Shown: piece after piece, positions 17,845 to 27,112 of the stretch
Layout: each line of letters opens with the position of its first letter
How positions within the stretch are numbered: position 1 is the stretch's first letter
From: a virus
Lineage: Duplodnaviria; Caudoviricetes
Reading direction: 5' to 3' (one strand)
DNA length: 59,443 bases
Virus record (IMG/VR): IMGVR_UViG_3300037310_000051
Span: 1-59,443 of that record
The notes under the pieces: generated by a model
Told to the model about the DNA's origin: nothing
Database searches by the model: none
What the model saw: only the letters and a program-made list of their open reading frames with translations
Made by a program: the position numbers and the translations under genes

Positions 17845-18108
17845 TCACCCCCTTGTCGCCCGCATGACCTTCTTTTCGTCTATTCGCCCACGACAGTACG
17901 GACAAAATACGAATCTGTTTCGGCTTGGCGTACCGGTGATAAAGATGTGTTTTTGATTGCACCCAGTATCCCAGTTGCCATCCTCGTCCTCGTCCCATCG
18001 GCACCGGACAACTTTTGCCGCCGCCAACTCTTGCTCCAGCTCAGCTATGCGCTGACGGTAGGCGGCGTCTCTGTGCGCTTCATCCATGCCGTCATAGTGT
18101 GCCATCAA
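17845..18108 (-). CDS. Zinc-ribbon hypothetical protein
   Basis: CRW...WDTGC...FVFCPYCRGRI, a common phage motif; SD AAGGAGG. Confidence 0.65.
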   Translation of the reverse strand: MMAHYDGMDEAHRDAAYRQRIAELEQELAAAKVVRCRWDEDEDGNWDTGCNQKHIFITGTPSRNRFVFCPYCRGRIDEKKVMRATRG

Positions 18109-18424
18109 TTACCTCCTTCACCCTATGAAACCGATGCAAATACACGATCGTGTCCGGGCGGTACGGTTTCCGTGGGTGAATCGAGTTCCAGACCTCAATG
18201 AAATGCTCACGACTTTTGCACCCCTCGCTCTGCCAACACTCTGCCACGTAGGCCAGGCATTCTTCCGTGACGCGATCAACCTCAAACCAGGCCCCAAAGA
18301 CGAAAAAGCGATCGCCCACGTCTGCCATGCGCTTCGACCGTGCCGTGCACGTCTTGATGTCGGCCAGCATGTCCTCGCGAAAGGATGGACGAAATGGGAT
18401 TGAGACAACGCTCATGCCTACCAC
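18092..18424 (-). CDS. ASCH/PUA-like domain protein
   Basis: IPF...MLADIKTCTAR...GD.F...EG..S..HF...W..IH...VYLHRF matches the ASCH pattern. Confidence 0.6.
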   Translation of the reverse strand: MVGMSVVSIPFRPSFREDMLADIKTCTARSKRMADVGDRFFVFGAWFEVDRVTEECLAYVAECWQSEGCKSREHFIEVWNSIHPRKPYRPDTIVYLHRFHRVKEVIDGTL

Positions 18425-18445
18425 CCCTCTTGTATCAGCTAATCA

Positions 18446-18643
18446 CTATCTTCCCGGCGCCTCGTTATGCGCTAACTGAAATGCCCATTTTCTTGCGTGA
18501 AATTTGTTGACCGTGATACATGATTCTGTTGATCCGTTCGTAGCTATGTAGTGACCTGAATCTAACTGAATCACGTGCCACCCATTAGGCAATGGTGGAA
18601 GGGTACCAAAGCGAATTATACGTTCATCGGCTATTAGCGTCAT
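18446..18643 (-). CDS. Hypothetical protein
   Basis: 65 aa with SD AGGAGGAG. Confidence 0.5.
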   Translation of the reverse strand: MTLIADERIIRFGTLPPLPNGWHVIQLDSGHYIATNGSTESCITVNKFHARKWAFQLAHNEAPGR

Positions 18644-18828
18644 CGGCTACTCCTCCTAACTGTTCCGCTCGCCCAGCATCTCGGCAGCACTACCACCCCT
18701 CTTGGATCAGCTTCTTCAGCCGACTCTGTGCCAGCTTGGTCCCTACCGCGATCAACCCCGATCGCTTGCGCTGCTTCGTCGTCGGCTGGCGCGTCAGGAT
18801 CTCCTTGGACTTACGGATCAGGCGGCTG

Positions 18829-19095
18829 TCATCGGCTCTTGGCGTTAGACTCCCCATGGTCCCACTCTCCATGTTTTCCGCAGGTGCGCCGATACCCTGC
18901 CGGACTCAGCCAGCCGCAATGAGCAATATCGGTGCAGCCAGGCTCGTCGCACAAGAGGTCAAACCCCTCGCAGCTTTTACAGCTACCACACGCAATCAAT
19001 TCCTCGTCGCTCCGAAACGGAGACGGGGCATGCAGTAAATCCATTGCGGCATTGAGCATCCCGCATTGGCGGCAGCGCCATTGTCCGACCATCAT
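18829..19095 (-). CDS. Cys-rich zinc-finger-like protein
   Basis: WRCRQCG...CGSC...CDEPGC...C...TCGKH; SD AGGAG. Confidence 0.55.
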   Translation of the reverse strand: MMVGQWRCRQCGMLNAAMDLLHAPSPFRSDEELIACGSCKSCEGFDLLCDEPGCTDIAHCGWLSPAGYRRTCGKHGEWDHGESNAKSR

Positions 19096-19598
19096 CGCTC
19101 TCTCCTAATCATGCGGTCGCGTCGCCCTGGCCAGCAGCAGGCGCAGGTCGATAAGATCGACAAATCCACGGTGCCAACCGTGCTGGTCAGCCATGCGTAA
19201 TTTATCCCGTATCCGTTCAATCGCCTTTAGTTCCTCGTCGTCGGATGTCATTTCATCACCAACATTTTTACCGCCAGCATCACCTGCCGCGCCTCGTGGT
19301 TCGGTAACGGCTTCAGGGTGGTGCCGACCTTAACTAAGGTTTTGCCTAATTTCACGAGTCGTCAGCCGGTCGCTCACACTCGGTGTTGAGGATCTCCATG
19401 ATTTTTGCTACAACATCTGCCCGGTGCATCATCGCCTCCCTTTCTGGTTCTGCGCCAGCATCGCCTTGCGGAGAATCGACTCGATGTCGAGGCGGTCCAG
19501 CCGGTACAGTGCAACCAAGTTCGCCACACTCAACCCGCCCGCAAACTCCCGCACGATCTCCCGTTCAATCTTCGTGAGTACGGCCCTCATAATTCCGC

Positions 19599-19982
19599 TT
19601 AGCCACTCGTGCTCTGCTCACGCCAATGCTCCAATCGCTCAAATCGCCTCCGACACGTGCGACAGTGATACCGATATTGCTGTCTTGCGCGATGATTACA
19701 CTCGATGCACAGTTGTTTTGCGCTGCATTCTCGGCCAGCTATATCCGATTGCAACCCAGCCTGCTCGCACAGATAGCGCCATCCCCACTTGCGCTGAAGC
19801 GTGCGCGCGCAAAACGATCCATGCTGATCATAGAGCCGCCGTGACAGGCGCGTCACGTTGATCCGTTGCGCCACGGTGCGCAGATTCTCCACGGCCATAT
19901 CGAGCGTAATCTCAAACTTCGGCCCGCGCCGCACTATATTGTTTTTGTGTGAATCAATAACTATCGAGGAGGAGGACCGCAT
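19599..19982 (-). CDS. Protein with homing-endonuclease-associated repeat-like domain and C-terminal zinc finger
   Basis: NLRTVAQRI...YDQHGSFCARTLQRKWGW..LCEQAGL; CIEC...CRTC. Confidence 0.55.
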   Translation of the reverse strand: MRSSSSIVIDSHKNNIVRRGPKFEITLDMAVENLRTVAQRINVTRLSRRLYDQHGSFCARTLQRKWGWRYLCEQAGLQSDIAGRECSAKQLCIECNHRARQQYRYHCRTCRRRFERLEHWREQSTSG

Positions 19983-20011
19983 GTGACCCTCATAGCGTGT
20001 TGGGTGTTGAT

Positions 20012-20040
20012 ACTATAGCCCGATTAGGTCGGAAAGTAAA
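20012..20040 (-). promoter_or_regulatory. Sigma70-like promoter TTTACT-N17-TATAGT
   Basis: Exact 17-bp spacer; overlaps the TerL 3' end and points into the accessory array. Confidence 0.65.
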
Positions 20041-21508
20041 GCCCATTTTTTCGTATTTCCTCAACGAGGCCAGAATCAATGTATTGACCGCTTGGGATCT
20101 GCTCGGGCGCAGGCACAATAAGATCGACCTCTCCGGCCACGGAAGCACCGAACTGAATCACATCGGTCAGCAGCTCCGTAAAGCCCCAGACGTAGGCGTC
20201 CAAGCGATCGGGCGACTTTGCCCCAGGAATAAACGTCGTGAGCTGATCCTCCAGCTGCGCAAACACGCCATGATGGTCGATCAATCGCCGTTCATGAAGT
20301 AAGGCGATGGGCTCGGCACGGGTGTACTTTCCGCGCGATGCCGATACCAGTTTCACAGGAATGTTTCTCGCGCCGGGCACGGACTGAATCGTCAAGCGCA
20401 CGAGTTCACCGCCATTGTTCTTCTCGGCTACGATGTAGTCGGCACCCCACTCACGATAGGCGTCCACGGCGGCTTGCGCCCAGGCCGTGGGGTGCCCATA
20501 CACGGAGCGATCATCCAGCAAATGCCCGCGATTCGTGCGACGTCCGCAGACCATGATGCCCGTCTCGGCGTTCTGCTCGGTCGTGATATCCGGAATCGTG
20601 CCGTCGCCTACGCTGGGATCCACAGCCACCACGATGCGCTCCATGGATTTTTGAAGCTCGCTATTGATATTTCCGTCATCGTCTTGCGCGTGCTCGTCAC
20701 TGTAAGATCGCTGAATCATCTCAATCGTCCAGAGCGCCCCTTGCACTTCACTTAAGAGCGCCGCCTCTAACTCCTGCCTGCCAAGTCGTGTGCCTTCATA
20801 CTTGTTGATGATGCGCGAAAACCATGACGCCGCCAGGTTCTCACGGTTCTCATAGGTCGAGCCGTAGGTGATGACCGTTGGGCTGTTGGGCTGCCGACTC
20901 TCTTTCACGAGATCTTTGATAATCTTGATTGGCCTCGGCGTGCCCGTCAGGACAGCCTGCGGATTTTCTCCCAAGCGCAGCCCAAACATCAGCTGATCGT
21001 AATTGCCGGGATACTGCCACTTCGCCGGTTCATCACCCCAGGCTTTTTCATGCTGCGGTCCGCGCAGCCCTGACTTATCTTCATGCTTGTGGGCAGAGTA
21101 GATCGTGGCGACCGCGCCGTTCTCCCAGACAACACGTCGAAGTGACGGCTGATATTTAGGGCGTTCACGTTCAGGATAGATGTTTACGATGCCGGATTCC
21201 CCGTTGATCATAACGTCCCGCGCATCGGCGGGCGTGGCGGCCACAAGTGCTAGGCGACGATAGCCCTGTGTCACCCACTCACGAATGGCTTCAGCCCCCG
21301 TTCTTGTCTTTCCGTACCCGCGCCCCGCAATCACCGCCCACACCGTCCACAGTCCCGGAGGAAGCAGTTGGTTCGGCCTGGCCCAGAGTTTCCAGCTCCA
21401 CAACAACGTCTCCAGATCCGTTGACGACAATCGGCTGAGATCCTGGCGGATCTTTTTTTTCAGTCGCGAGTTTGGCAAACCGATCGCAGAGTCGTTCGAT
21501 GAGTTCAT
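20024..21508 (-). CDS. terL: Terminase large subunit
   Basis: WARPNQ..PPG, Walker A AGRGYGKT, LRGPQ...WGDE, TGTP, RuvC-like VVAVDP, EKNNGG, SPDRLDA; start ATG 21508 has SD GGAG. Confidence 0.95.
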   Translation of the reverse strand: MNSSNDSAIGLPNSRLKKKIRQDLSRLSSTDLETLLWSWKLWARPNQLLPPGLWTVWAVIAGRGYGKTRTGAEAIREWVTQGYRRLALVAATPADARDVMINGESGIVNIYPERERPKYQPSLRRVVWENGAVATIYSAHKHEDKSGLRGPQHEKAWGDEPAKWQYPGNYDQLMFGLRLGENPQAVLTGTPRPIKIIKDLVKESRQPNSPTVITYGSTYENRENLAASWFSRIINKYEGTRLGRQELEAALLSEVQGALWTIEMIQRSYSDEHAQDDDGNINSELQKSMERIVVAVDPSVGDGTIPDITTEQNAETGIMVCGRRTNRGHLLDDRSVYGHPTAWAQAAVDAYREWGADYIVAEKNNGGELVRLTIQSVPGARNIPVKLVSASRGKYTRAEPIALLHERRLIDHHGVFAQLEDQLTTFIPGAKSPDRLDAYVWGFTELLTDVIQFGASVAGEVDLIVPAPEQIPSGQYIDSGLVEEIRKNGLYFPT

Positions 21509-21845
21509 CGCGTCGCTCCGTTCCCCCTCCATCTGTCCGCTCATCATCGATGATCAGCTTATCAGGCGGTTTCCCATAGCCGTAGCCGAGCAAGAGCGCC
21601 ACGATGGCTGGATGCTCTTTGCCGCGCAGAATCCTATCGCGCAGCGCTGCGAGATATTTCGGATCTTTAAACAGCCCGCCGAAGAGTTTGCGCGAGAAGT
21701 CGCGAATGATGATTGTGCTCTTGTTTGGACTGCCAAGCGGCCTGCCTTTCCCCACAGCGAAGCGATTACCAGGCTTGAACCGCGTCGCCACATCGCGACG
21801 TAACGGCCTGGATTCGCCCGATCCGTTTTCGTGCTGCTCGCTCAT
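21291..21845 (-). CDS. Probable terminase small subunit
   Basis: Start MSEQHEN (ATGA-coupled); TRFKPGN...GRPLGSPNK and YGYGKP motifs; directly upstream of and overlapping terL. Confidence 0.7.
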   Translation of the reverse strand: MSEQHENGSGESRPLRRDVATRFKPGNRFAVGKGRPLGSPNKSTIIIRDFSRKLFGGLFKDPKYLAALRDRILRGKEHPAIVALLLGYGYGKPPDKLIIDDERTDGGGTERRDELIERLCDRFAKLATEKKDPPGSQPIVVNGSGDVVVELETLGQAEPTASSGTVDGVGGDCGARVRKDKNGG

Positions 21846-22039
21846 AGCCGACGCTTCGTGAAGACCACGATCAATTCCCGCTCGCGATACTCGGACATCA
21901 ACTGCTTCATAGCATCTAATTCCGACGGTGGCACGGTTAATTTGATCTGTCCCGCTCCATCCCCGTCCATCTTGAAGGCCGTTGGCCCTTCGATGGAACA
22001 CGTGAGTGTTACAGCATTCTCGCGTCTTGATCTAGGCAT
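21842..22039 (-). CDS. Hypothetical protein
   Basis: 65 aa, coupled. Confidence 0.5.
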   Translation of the reverse strand: MPRSRRENAVTLTCSIEGPTAFKMDGDGAGQIKLTVPPSELDAMKQLMSEYRERELIVVFTKRRL

Positions 22040-22042
22040 TGA

Positions 22043-22336
22043 TTATATACGCTTTTCAGTCCATATATAAATCGAGCATAATGCACCACTGCTTGACGTA
22101 CGCTTCATCTCAAGCTTGCGTGCTTGACCAAACATGCGAATTTCAGAGAGTGCGGACTGTGCCTGTTGACGATCGATACGACAAACAATACTAGCCTCTT
22201 CGGCTGTAAGACCATTAGCTCCAGATTCCTGTAATGCCAGTGCAACACTCTTCACGATATATGCATCGGCGTTGACTCGTGTTGCGTGATGTGACTTCGG
22301 CGGTGCACCGCTAAATATATCGTATTGATTTGCCAT
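22043..22336 (-). CDS. Probable winged-helix DNA-binding protein
   Basis: GLTAEE...SALSEIR...RTSSSG...IYIW, a pattern of phage wHTH proteins. Confidence 0.5.
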   Translation of the reverse strand: MANQYDIFSGAPPKSHHATRVNADAYIVKSVALALQESGANGLTAEEASIVCRIDRQQAQSALSEIRMFGQARKLEMKRTSSSGALCSIYIWTEKRI

Positions 22337-22340
22337 CGCG

Positions 22341-23276
22341 TCATTCTTCCGTCGTGAGTGTTCGTAGTAAGCCCTCTTCGAGCATAATTAAAGGCTCCCA
22401 TCCAAGCAGTGTGCGCGCCTTGGCGATGTCTGGACATCGTTGAAGTGGGTCGTCCTGAGGAAGCTGATGATACTCATATGTAGGCTCGATGTTCATGATG
22501 CACGCGATGTGCTGCGCAATCTCAAGCACAGTATGCTCGCGCGGCATGCCTAAATTTACAACTTCTCCAGACACAAATTCTTTCTTTGCTGTAAGCATCG
22601 CAATCAATCCTATAACAAGATCATCAATATAGCATAAGCTGCGAGTTTGCAAGCCATCACCAAAAATTGTAAACGGCTTTTTATTGCGTATGCATTTTAT
22701 AAATGATGGCACGATGCGTCCATCGTCAATCTGCATGCCTGGTCCGTAGGTGTTAAAAATGCGCACGATGCGCACATCAACTCCATACTCACGATGATAA
22801 AGCATCGCGAGTGATTCAGCAAATCGTTTTGATTCATTATATATACTGCGCGGGCTCAGTGTATTGATACGACCAATATAGGATTCTGCCTGCGGTGACC
22901 GATCGGGATCTCCGTAGACCTCTGACGTGCTGGCAATCAATGCAATACAGCGATGACGTTGTGCATAATCGAGCACGCGATATGTACCAATACTATTCGC
23001 TAACATAGTAGTAAGTGGGTGCGCCAGATATCGTATCGGACTTGCTGGTGATGCAAGATGTACAATTGCATCGTAGTCTTGAAAGGGAAGACTTGACGCA
23101 CATACATCACGATGAAAAAACTTGAATTGCTCGCCGTATCGTTGCAATGGTGTAATATTCTCAATGTGACTCGTCACGAGTGAGTCGAGTGCGTCAACGT
23201 AATGATCTAATTTGAGTAACGCCTCACATAGATGTCGTCCAATAAATCCTGCGCCGCCGGTAACGAGAATTCTCAT
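22341..23276 (-). CDS. UDP-glucuronate decarboxylase (UDP-xylose synthase)-like extended SDR
   Basis: ILVTGGAGFIG, HLASPASP..Y, ASTSEVYGDP, YNESKR, RIFNTYGP, DGR, DDP..RCPDI are UXS-family motifs. Confidence 0.88.
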   Translation of the reverse strand: MRILVTGGAGFIGRHLCEALLKLDHYVDALDSLVTSHIENITPLQRYGEQFKFFHRDVCASSLPFQDYDAIVHLASPASPIRYLAHPLTTMLANSIGTYRVLDYAQRHRCIALIASTSEVYGDPDRSPQAESYIGRINTLSPRSIYNESKRFAESLAMLYHREYGVDVRIVRIFNTYGPGMQIDDGRIVPSFIKCIRNKKPFTIFGDGLQTRSLCYIDDLVIGLIAMLTAKKEFVSGEVVNLGMPREHTVLEIAQHIACIMNIEPTYEYHQLPQDDPLQRCPDIAKARTLLGWEPLIMLEEGLLRTLTTEE

Positions 23277-23767
23277 TTACTTCTCCGTTGAGTTGATCTT
23301 TGCATAACGATGTGCTTCCACGCACGATGCATGAATCGCTGCGCCTTTGCGCGGTTGACTTTGCTATTCCACCAGCGATTCACGCCACTGGGATGTGGTA
23401 GTATCGCGCCTTGAAATTGCTCACCATTGATACGTCCCGTTGCATAGTTGCGCCACATCATGATCTTTTCGGTTATGCCAAACGCCTTCGCTGTACCCAC
23501 GCCAACAAATAGCACCGCGCAATTTCCAAGTGAAAATCTGATGCGACAGGCATTCATCCGTGCGATAACAATTGGAAATTTGTCGCCCTTCTTAGAATGA
23601 CCAGGCCAGTACTCGAACACGTTTAATCGCTGCGTGTAGCGCAAGTACTCGTTATGCTCACAGCCAAACAGTGCGCTAATGCGACGCCCGACACCTTCCG
23701 AAAGAGGCGCATCATGCCATCCTTTACGCGCCGCAGGTGCCTGACCAATAAGAATGAATGCTCCCAT
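23273..23767 (-). CDS. Uracil-DNA glycosylase superfamily-like protein
   Basis: ILIGQAP near the N-terminus and LPHPSGVNRWWN near the C-terminus. Confidence 0.65.
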   Translation of the reverse strand: MGAFILIGQAPAARKGWHDAPLSEGVGRRISALFGCEHNEYLRYTQRLNVFEYWPGHSKKGDKFPIVIARMNACRIRFSLGNCAVLFVGVGTAKAFGITEKIMMWRNYATGRINGEQFQGAILPHPSGVNRWWNSKVNRAKAQRFMHRAWKHIVMQRSTQRRSK

Positions 23768-23773
23768 AAATTA

Positions 23774-24055
23774 TCATGTAATTGCTGATTTTGGCGCCGG
23801 CTTGAACTTGCTGAACTTTTTAGAGGCAGCAGCGACAATGCGTGTGTTTTTAATCGATGCGCCTTGCTTCGATGATTGCTCTTGGGTACTATCGGGTACA
23901 AGCTTGAATTGCTTACATCGCTTGATCTGATCGTCAATCGTGCCCGCCTTCAAGCCATGCTTCTCCATCGCTGCACGTAGCTCGATCTCGCAACCCGCAG
24001 AGCTGACGGCCAACTCTTCAACCCACTTCATCGGGCGTTTTCTATCTCGTCGCAT
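23774..24055 (-). CDS. Hypothetical protein
   Basis: Basic 85-93 aa ORF in the operon; start uncertain. Confidence 0.45.
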   Translation of the reverse strand: MRRDRKRPMKWVEELAVSSAGCEIELRAAMEKHGLKAGTIDDQIKRCKQFKLVPDSTQEQSSKQGASIKNTRIVAAASKKFSKFKPAPKSAIT

Positions 24056-24960
24056 TGCTCATTCCCCTTATTAGATTCATTTGCGATACTAATATATTGC
24101 TGCTCATCTTGCTCGATCTCGCATTGTAATTCTTGTGAGAGCTTACGCAACACCATGTTGTAATTATTGATGCCCTGCTTGATCTCAATACCTGACTTTC
24201 TGCGCAGCTTGTTCGACTTAAAACCGCTATAATTAACTTGGTGCTGCCAACGTCCCCATTTCCACACGATCTTTGTGATGTCTGGATGCTGATCGACAAG
24301 AGACTGCGCCATCTTCAATCGCCCATCATCTTGGTAGAGAGCCTCCGTATTACCTCCTTTCATTGTCATTGTGGCAATCTTGTCGGCTAAAAATGCATAA
24401 AAAAGTATCGTACACCAGCCGTCTTTTAAAACGCGAATTGATAAATCCGTATCTTCATTATAACGTCCGCGCCAGCGATAATCAATATCATTGCGAAGTA
24501 AAATGCAAGAATAGATGCGTGTATTTAGCACGAATGACGGCCATTTTACACCGTCTTGCGCAAACATTTTATACTGCATTCCAGCAATGGCGACATTCTC
24601 ATAGCGATCAACGAAGTCCTCAATCGCGAGAAATGTTGAGCCCGTAAGCACATAATCACGTGTACTATGATTTAGTCTCATAAAATAACGTATATTGTCA
24701 TCAAGAATCCAATGACGATGCGCACCTGTCGCAGTTGCGTGATCCCAAACCCAGTTACGTGCCGGAATCGAGCCTTGTCCTAAATTGCTAAACGGCAGCA
24801 CGAGAATTTTTTTCTGATCAATTACCGCGGCATATTGATCATACTCCTGAGGCTCAATCACGATTAAATAGGGTACACCCATGCGCTCAAGTGCTTTCGA
24901 CGTAAGACGTGACTCCCATCGACCTTTGGAAATAATATATACTGGATATCGTGGGTTCAT
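24028..24960 (-). CDS. GREB1-like / TET-associated (TAGT) GT-A glycosyltransferase
   Basis: YPVYIISKGR, IEPQEY..Y, ARNWVWDH, HWILDDNI, NTRIYSCIL, WRGRYNEDTDLS, KGGNT, RWQH.VNY. Confidence 0.8.
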   Translation of the reverse strand: MNPRYPVYIISKGRWESRLTSKALERMGVPYLIVIEPQEYDQYAAVIDQKKILVLPFSNLGQGSIPARNWVWDHATATGAHRHWILDDNIRYFMRLNHSTRDYVLTGSTFLAIEDFVDRYENVAIAGMQYKMFAQDGVKWPSFVLNTRIYSCILLRNDIDYRWRGRYNEDTDLSIRVLKDGWCTILFYAFLADKIATMTMKGGNTEALYQDDGRLKMAQSLVDQHPDITKIVWKWGRWQHQVNYSGFKSNKLRRKSGIEIKQGINNYNMVLRKLSQELQCEIEQDEQQYISIANESNKGNEQCDEIENAR

Positions 24961-24969
24961 AATCGTTCC

Positions 24970-25389
24970 TTACTCTTCATCGACATATGCATAATAGCGA
25001 GATTCTCGTCGCTTCTTTTCCGGAAACCAGATTGACTTTGTTAAAGTAGTGATGCGTTGTTCAATCAACTTCATAAAGCTATCAACATCATCCTGCACGC
25101 GAAAATGTACGATGAGCGATTTATGCGGCATTGCATCTTGCTGTATAAACTCTGGCATATCTTGCCATTCGATTTTCCACCACTCATCAGCATCGATAAA
25201 CGCGAGCTGATCTTCATTCAGACGGTCCGCAATGATGGTGATGGGTTGATGATCAATCTCATTAGAAACAACTTGATCGAGTAATGTAGATGTCTCGTAA
25301 TCATGCTCAGGTTGCACAACTTTTTCTCGTTGCTCACTGATCTCAAGCTCTGGAAATAAGTATCCATCTTGAAAGTCTTGAAAGTTCAT
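24970..25389 (-). CDS. Conserved partner of phage GREB1-like glycosyltransferases
   Basis: EWQDMPEF.Q...LIVHF...F..LIEQ.IT..TKSIWFP motif, which I recall beside such GTs; start MNFQDF. Confidence 0.55.
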   Translation of the reverse strand: MNFQDFQDGYLFPELEISEQREKVVQPEHDYETSTLLDQVVSNEIDHQPITIIADRLNEDQLAFIDADEWWKIEWQDMPEFIQQDAMPHKSLIVHFRVQDDVDSFMKLIEQRITTLTKSIWFPEKKRRESRYYAYVDEE

Positions 25390-26078
25390 AGGACATCTCC
25401 ATAGATGCGCATCGTCTCCCGCCAACTATAATTCTCTACGCGCTCCAAGATCCATCGCACGCGCTGAAAATCCTCATCTGTGTCTACAGAGAGCTTCGCA
25501 CCGCCGACTTTGTTGGTATGACTCACGTCTATGCGCAGCTTGTTCCGATAAAGCCACGGCGTCACGTGCTCGCGATCGTAATTCTCCACTGCCAGCCTCT
25601 GCGCATCGATCAGTGCCGAGCGATCAAAGACCTCCGTATCAAATCCGTCCACATCGGGACGCACGTTTGAGGCGATCAGCCCGTTGAAATAACCCTTCTC
25701 GTGTTTTCCCGTGCAGTAGGCCTCAATAACTTCCCACCCCAGCAGCGGGCACCAGAGCGGACAGTCCGCCGTCACGCGCATAATGATGTTATTGTTCGCG
25801 AACTGTGAGGCATAGTAAAACCGTCCCAGCACATCGTTCTTACCGTTCGACAGTTTGCAATTCCATGGGTAACAGGTGACATCGTGCGCACAGCACCAGT
25901 TCACAATCTCCAGGTCTTCGGCAAAGTCCGTCGTGGCCACGATGACCTGCGAGACGCCTTGACAGGCATGCACCCGCTCAACAACATGCTGGAGCAGCGG
26001 CTTACCCGCCGCCAGGCGCATAACCTTGCCTGGTAGGCGCGTGCTCCCCATGCGCGCCTGAATGATTGCCGTAATCAC
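25386..26078 (-). CDS. SpsF/PseF-like CMP-nonulosonate cytidylyltransferase
   Basis: IIQARMGSTRLPGKV, VIVATT, DVLGRF, RVTADCP, REHVTP, LSVDT.ED; likely GTG start at 26078. Confidence 0.9.
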   Translation of the reverse strand: MITAIIQARMGSTRLPGKVMRLAAGKPLLQHVVERVHACQGVSQVIVATTDFAEDLEIVNWCCAHDVTCYPWNCKLSNGKNDVLGRFYYASQFANNNIIMRVTADCPLWCPLLGWEVIEAYCTGKHEKGYFNGLIASNVRPDVDGFDTEVFDRSALIDAQRLAVENYDREHVTPWLYRNKLRIDVSHTNKVGGAKLSVDTDEDFQRVRWILERVENYSWRETMRIYGDVL

Positions 26079-27112
26079 GCCGCCCCTCCGGTCTGATGGG
26101 TTGAGAATATGCGCGTGATGCACTTTACCGGCACATCATATCCGCCGAATCCACGCTTAAAGAATTCGATATTCCGGCCTTTCTCGTCGATCGCCCGCCC
26201 GCTCCAGCCAAGCTCAGCATACTGTACACGAGACTTGTCGAGTTCATTCATGGAATCCCACACGGCATAGTGCGCCAGATTCCCCTCCATGAATACCCCA
26301 CTGGCGTAGTAGGCGACATCTTTGTAGATATACCAGAGCACGGCGGCCACGCGTTGGTCGGCGTCATCGACATAAATAAACGGTCTAGCGATACCCTCGT
26401 CGACCAAGCAAGACTGTAGCCGATAGGTATCTTCCGTGCGCACGTATCCATACTTGGCGCGATGTAGATCGCGATAGATCTGCATGTATTCGTATGGCGA
26501 TGAAAACCACTCTTTCCGCAGGTGCATTCCGCCTTGACGAATCAACTGCTTGTAGCTCTTGCGCACGTCTTTCCAGCGCACGTCTTCTGAGAGGCTCAGA
26601 TCTACAATGCGCGTCGTGAAATCCTTTGCAAGATGACGATCGTCATCTTGCGGTTCATTATCTATGGCACGATCATCACAGGCCGGACGAAACGGCATCA
26701 TCATATCCCCCGATGCAACGCCGCACGTCAAGGCAATCGTTTCAATCATTAAGGCCGCCAAGGTCGAGAGTAGCTGTGCGTGAGACTGATTCTGCGTCGC
26801 GAGAATACCAGGTGTAAGCGGATTGCCACCGCATGCAAATTCCCGCCCCTCAATCATGAGGGGAAAGATAGCCAGAATCTTTCCATCATTGCGATCCCGC
26901 GCTGCAATGGAGCAGTCGATCCCTTGACGATATGCCAAACAATAGTCCAGCCAGGTTGAGCGAGCCCAGAACGTCCCGACAGGGTGGCTATCTACAAATG
27001 CGTCCCACGCCTGCTTTCCCGCAATCTGACGTGATACGATCTCTATCGGTAGAGTAGCTCTCTGTATGTTGACATTGATAGTCTGCAATATATTTAGCAA
27101 CAGATGCGTCAT
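26075..27112 (-). CDS. FemAB-like double-GNAT acyltransferase
   Basis: WDAFV, TRIVDLSLSE..W..VRKSYKQLI, AYYASG, NIEFFKRGFGG. Confidence 0.75.
   Translation of the reverse strand: MTHLLLNILQTINVNIQRATLPIEIVSRQIAGKQAWDAFVDSHPVGTFWARSTWLDYCLAYRQGIDCSIAARDRNDGKILAIFPLMIEGREFACGGNPLTPGILATQNQSHAQLLSTLAALMIETIALTCGVASGDMMMPFRPACDDRAIDNEPQDDDRHLAKDFTTRIVDLSLSEDVRWKDVRKSYKQLIRQGGMHLRKEWFSSPYEYMQIYRDLHRAKYGYVRTEDTYRLQSCLVDEGIARPFIYVDDADQRVAAVLWYIYKDVAYYASGVFMEGNLAHYAVWDSMNELDKSRVQYAELGWSGRAIDEKGRNIEFFKRGFGGYDVPVKCITRIFSTHQTGGAA

Noticed and set aside
21291-21547. TerS-TerL fusion by slippage at the A8 run (21453-21460) in their overlap
   Set aside because: terL has a plausible start of its own (ATG 21508 with SD GGAG), and the shift needed is +1 rather than the -1 typical of A AAA AAG. 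Not excluded, but unsupported.
26075-27112. Phage tRNA(CAT) as the dedicated aminoacyl donor for the FemAB-like enzyme
   Set aside because: The genes are about 16 kb apart and nothing in the sequence links them.
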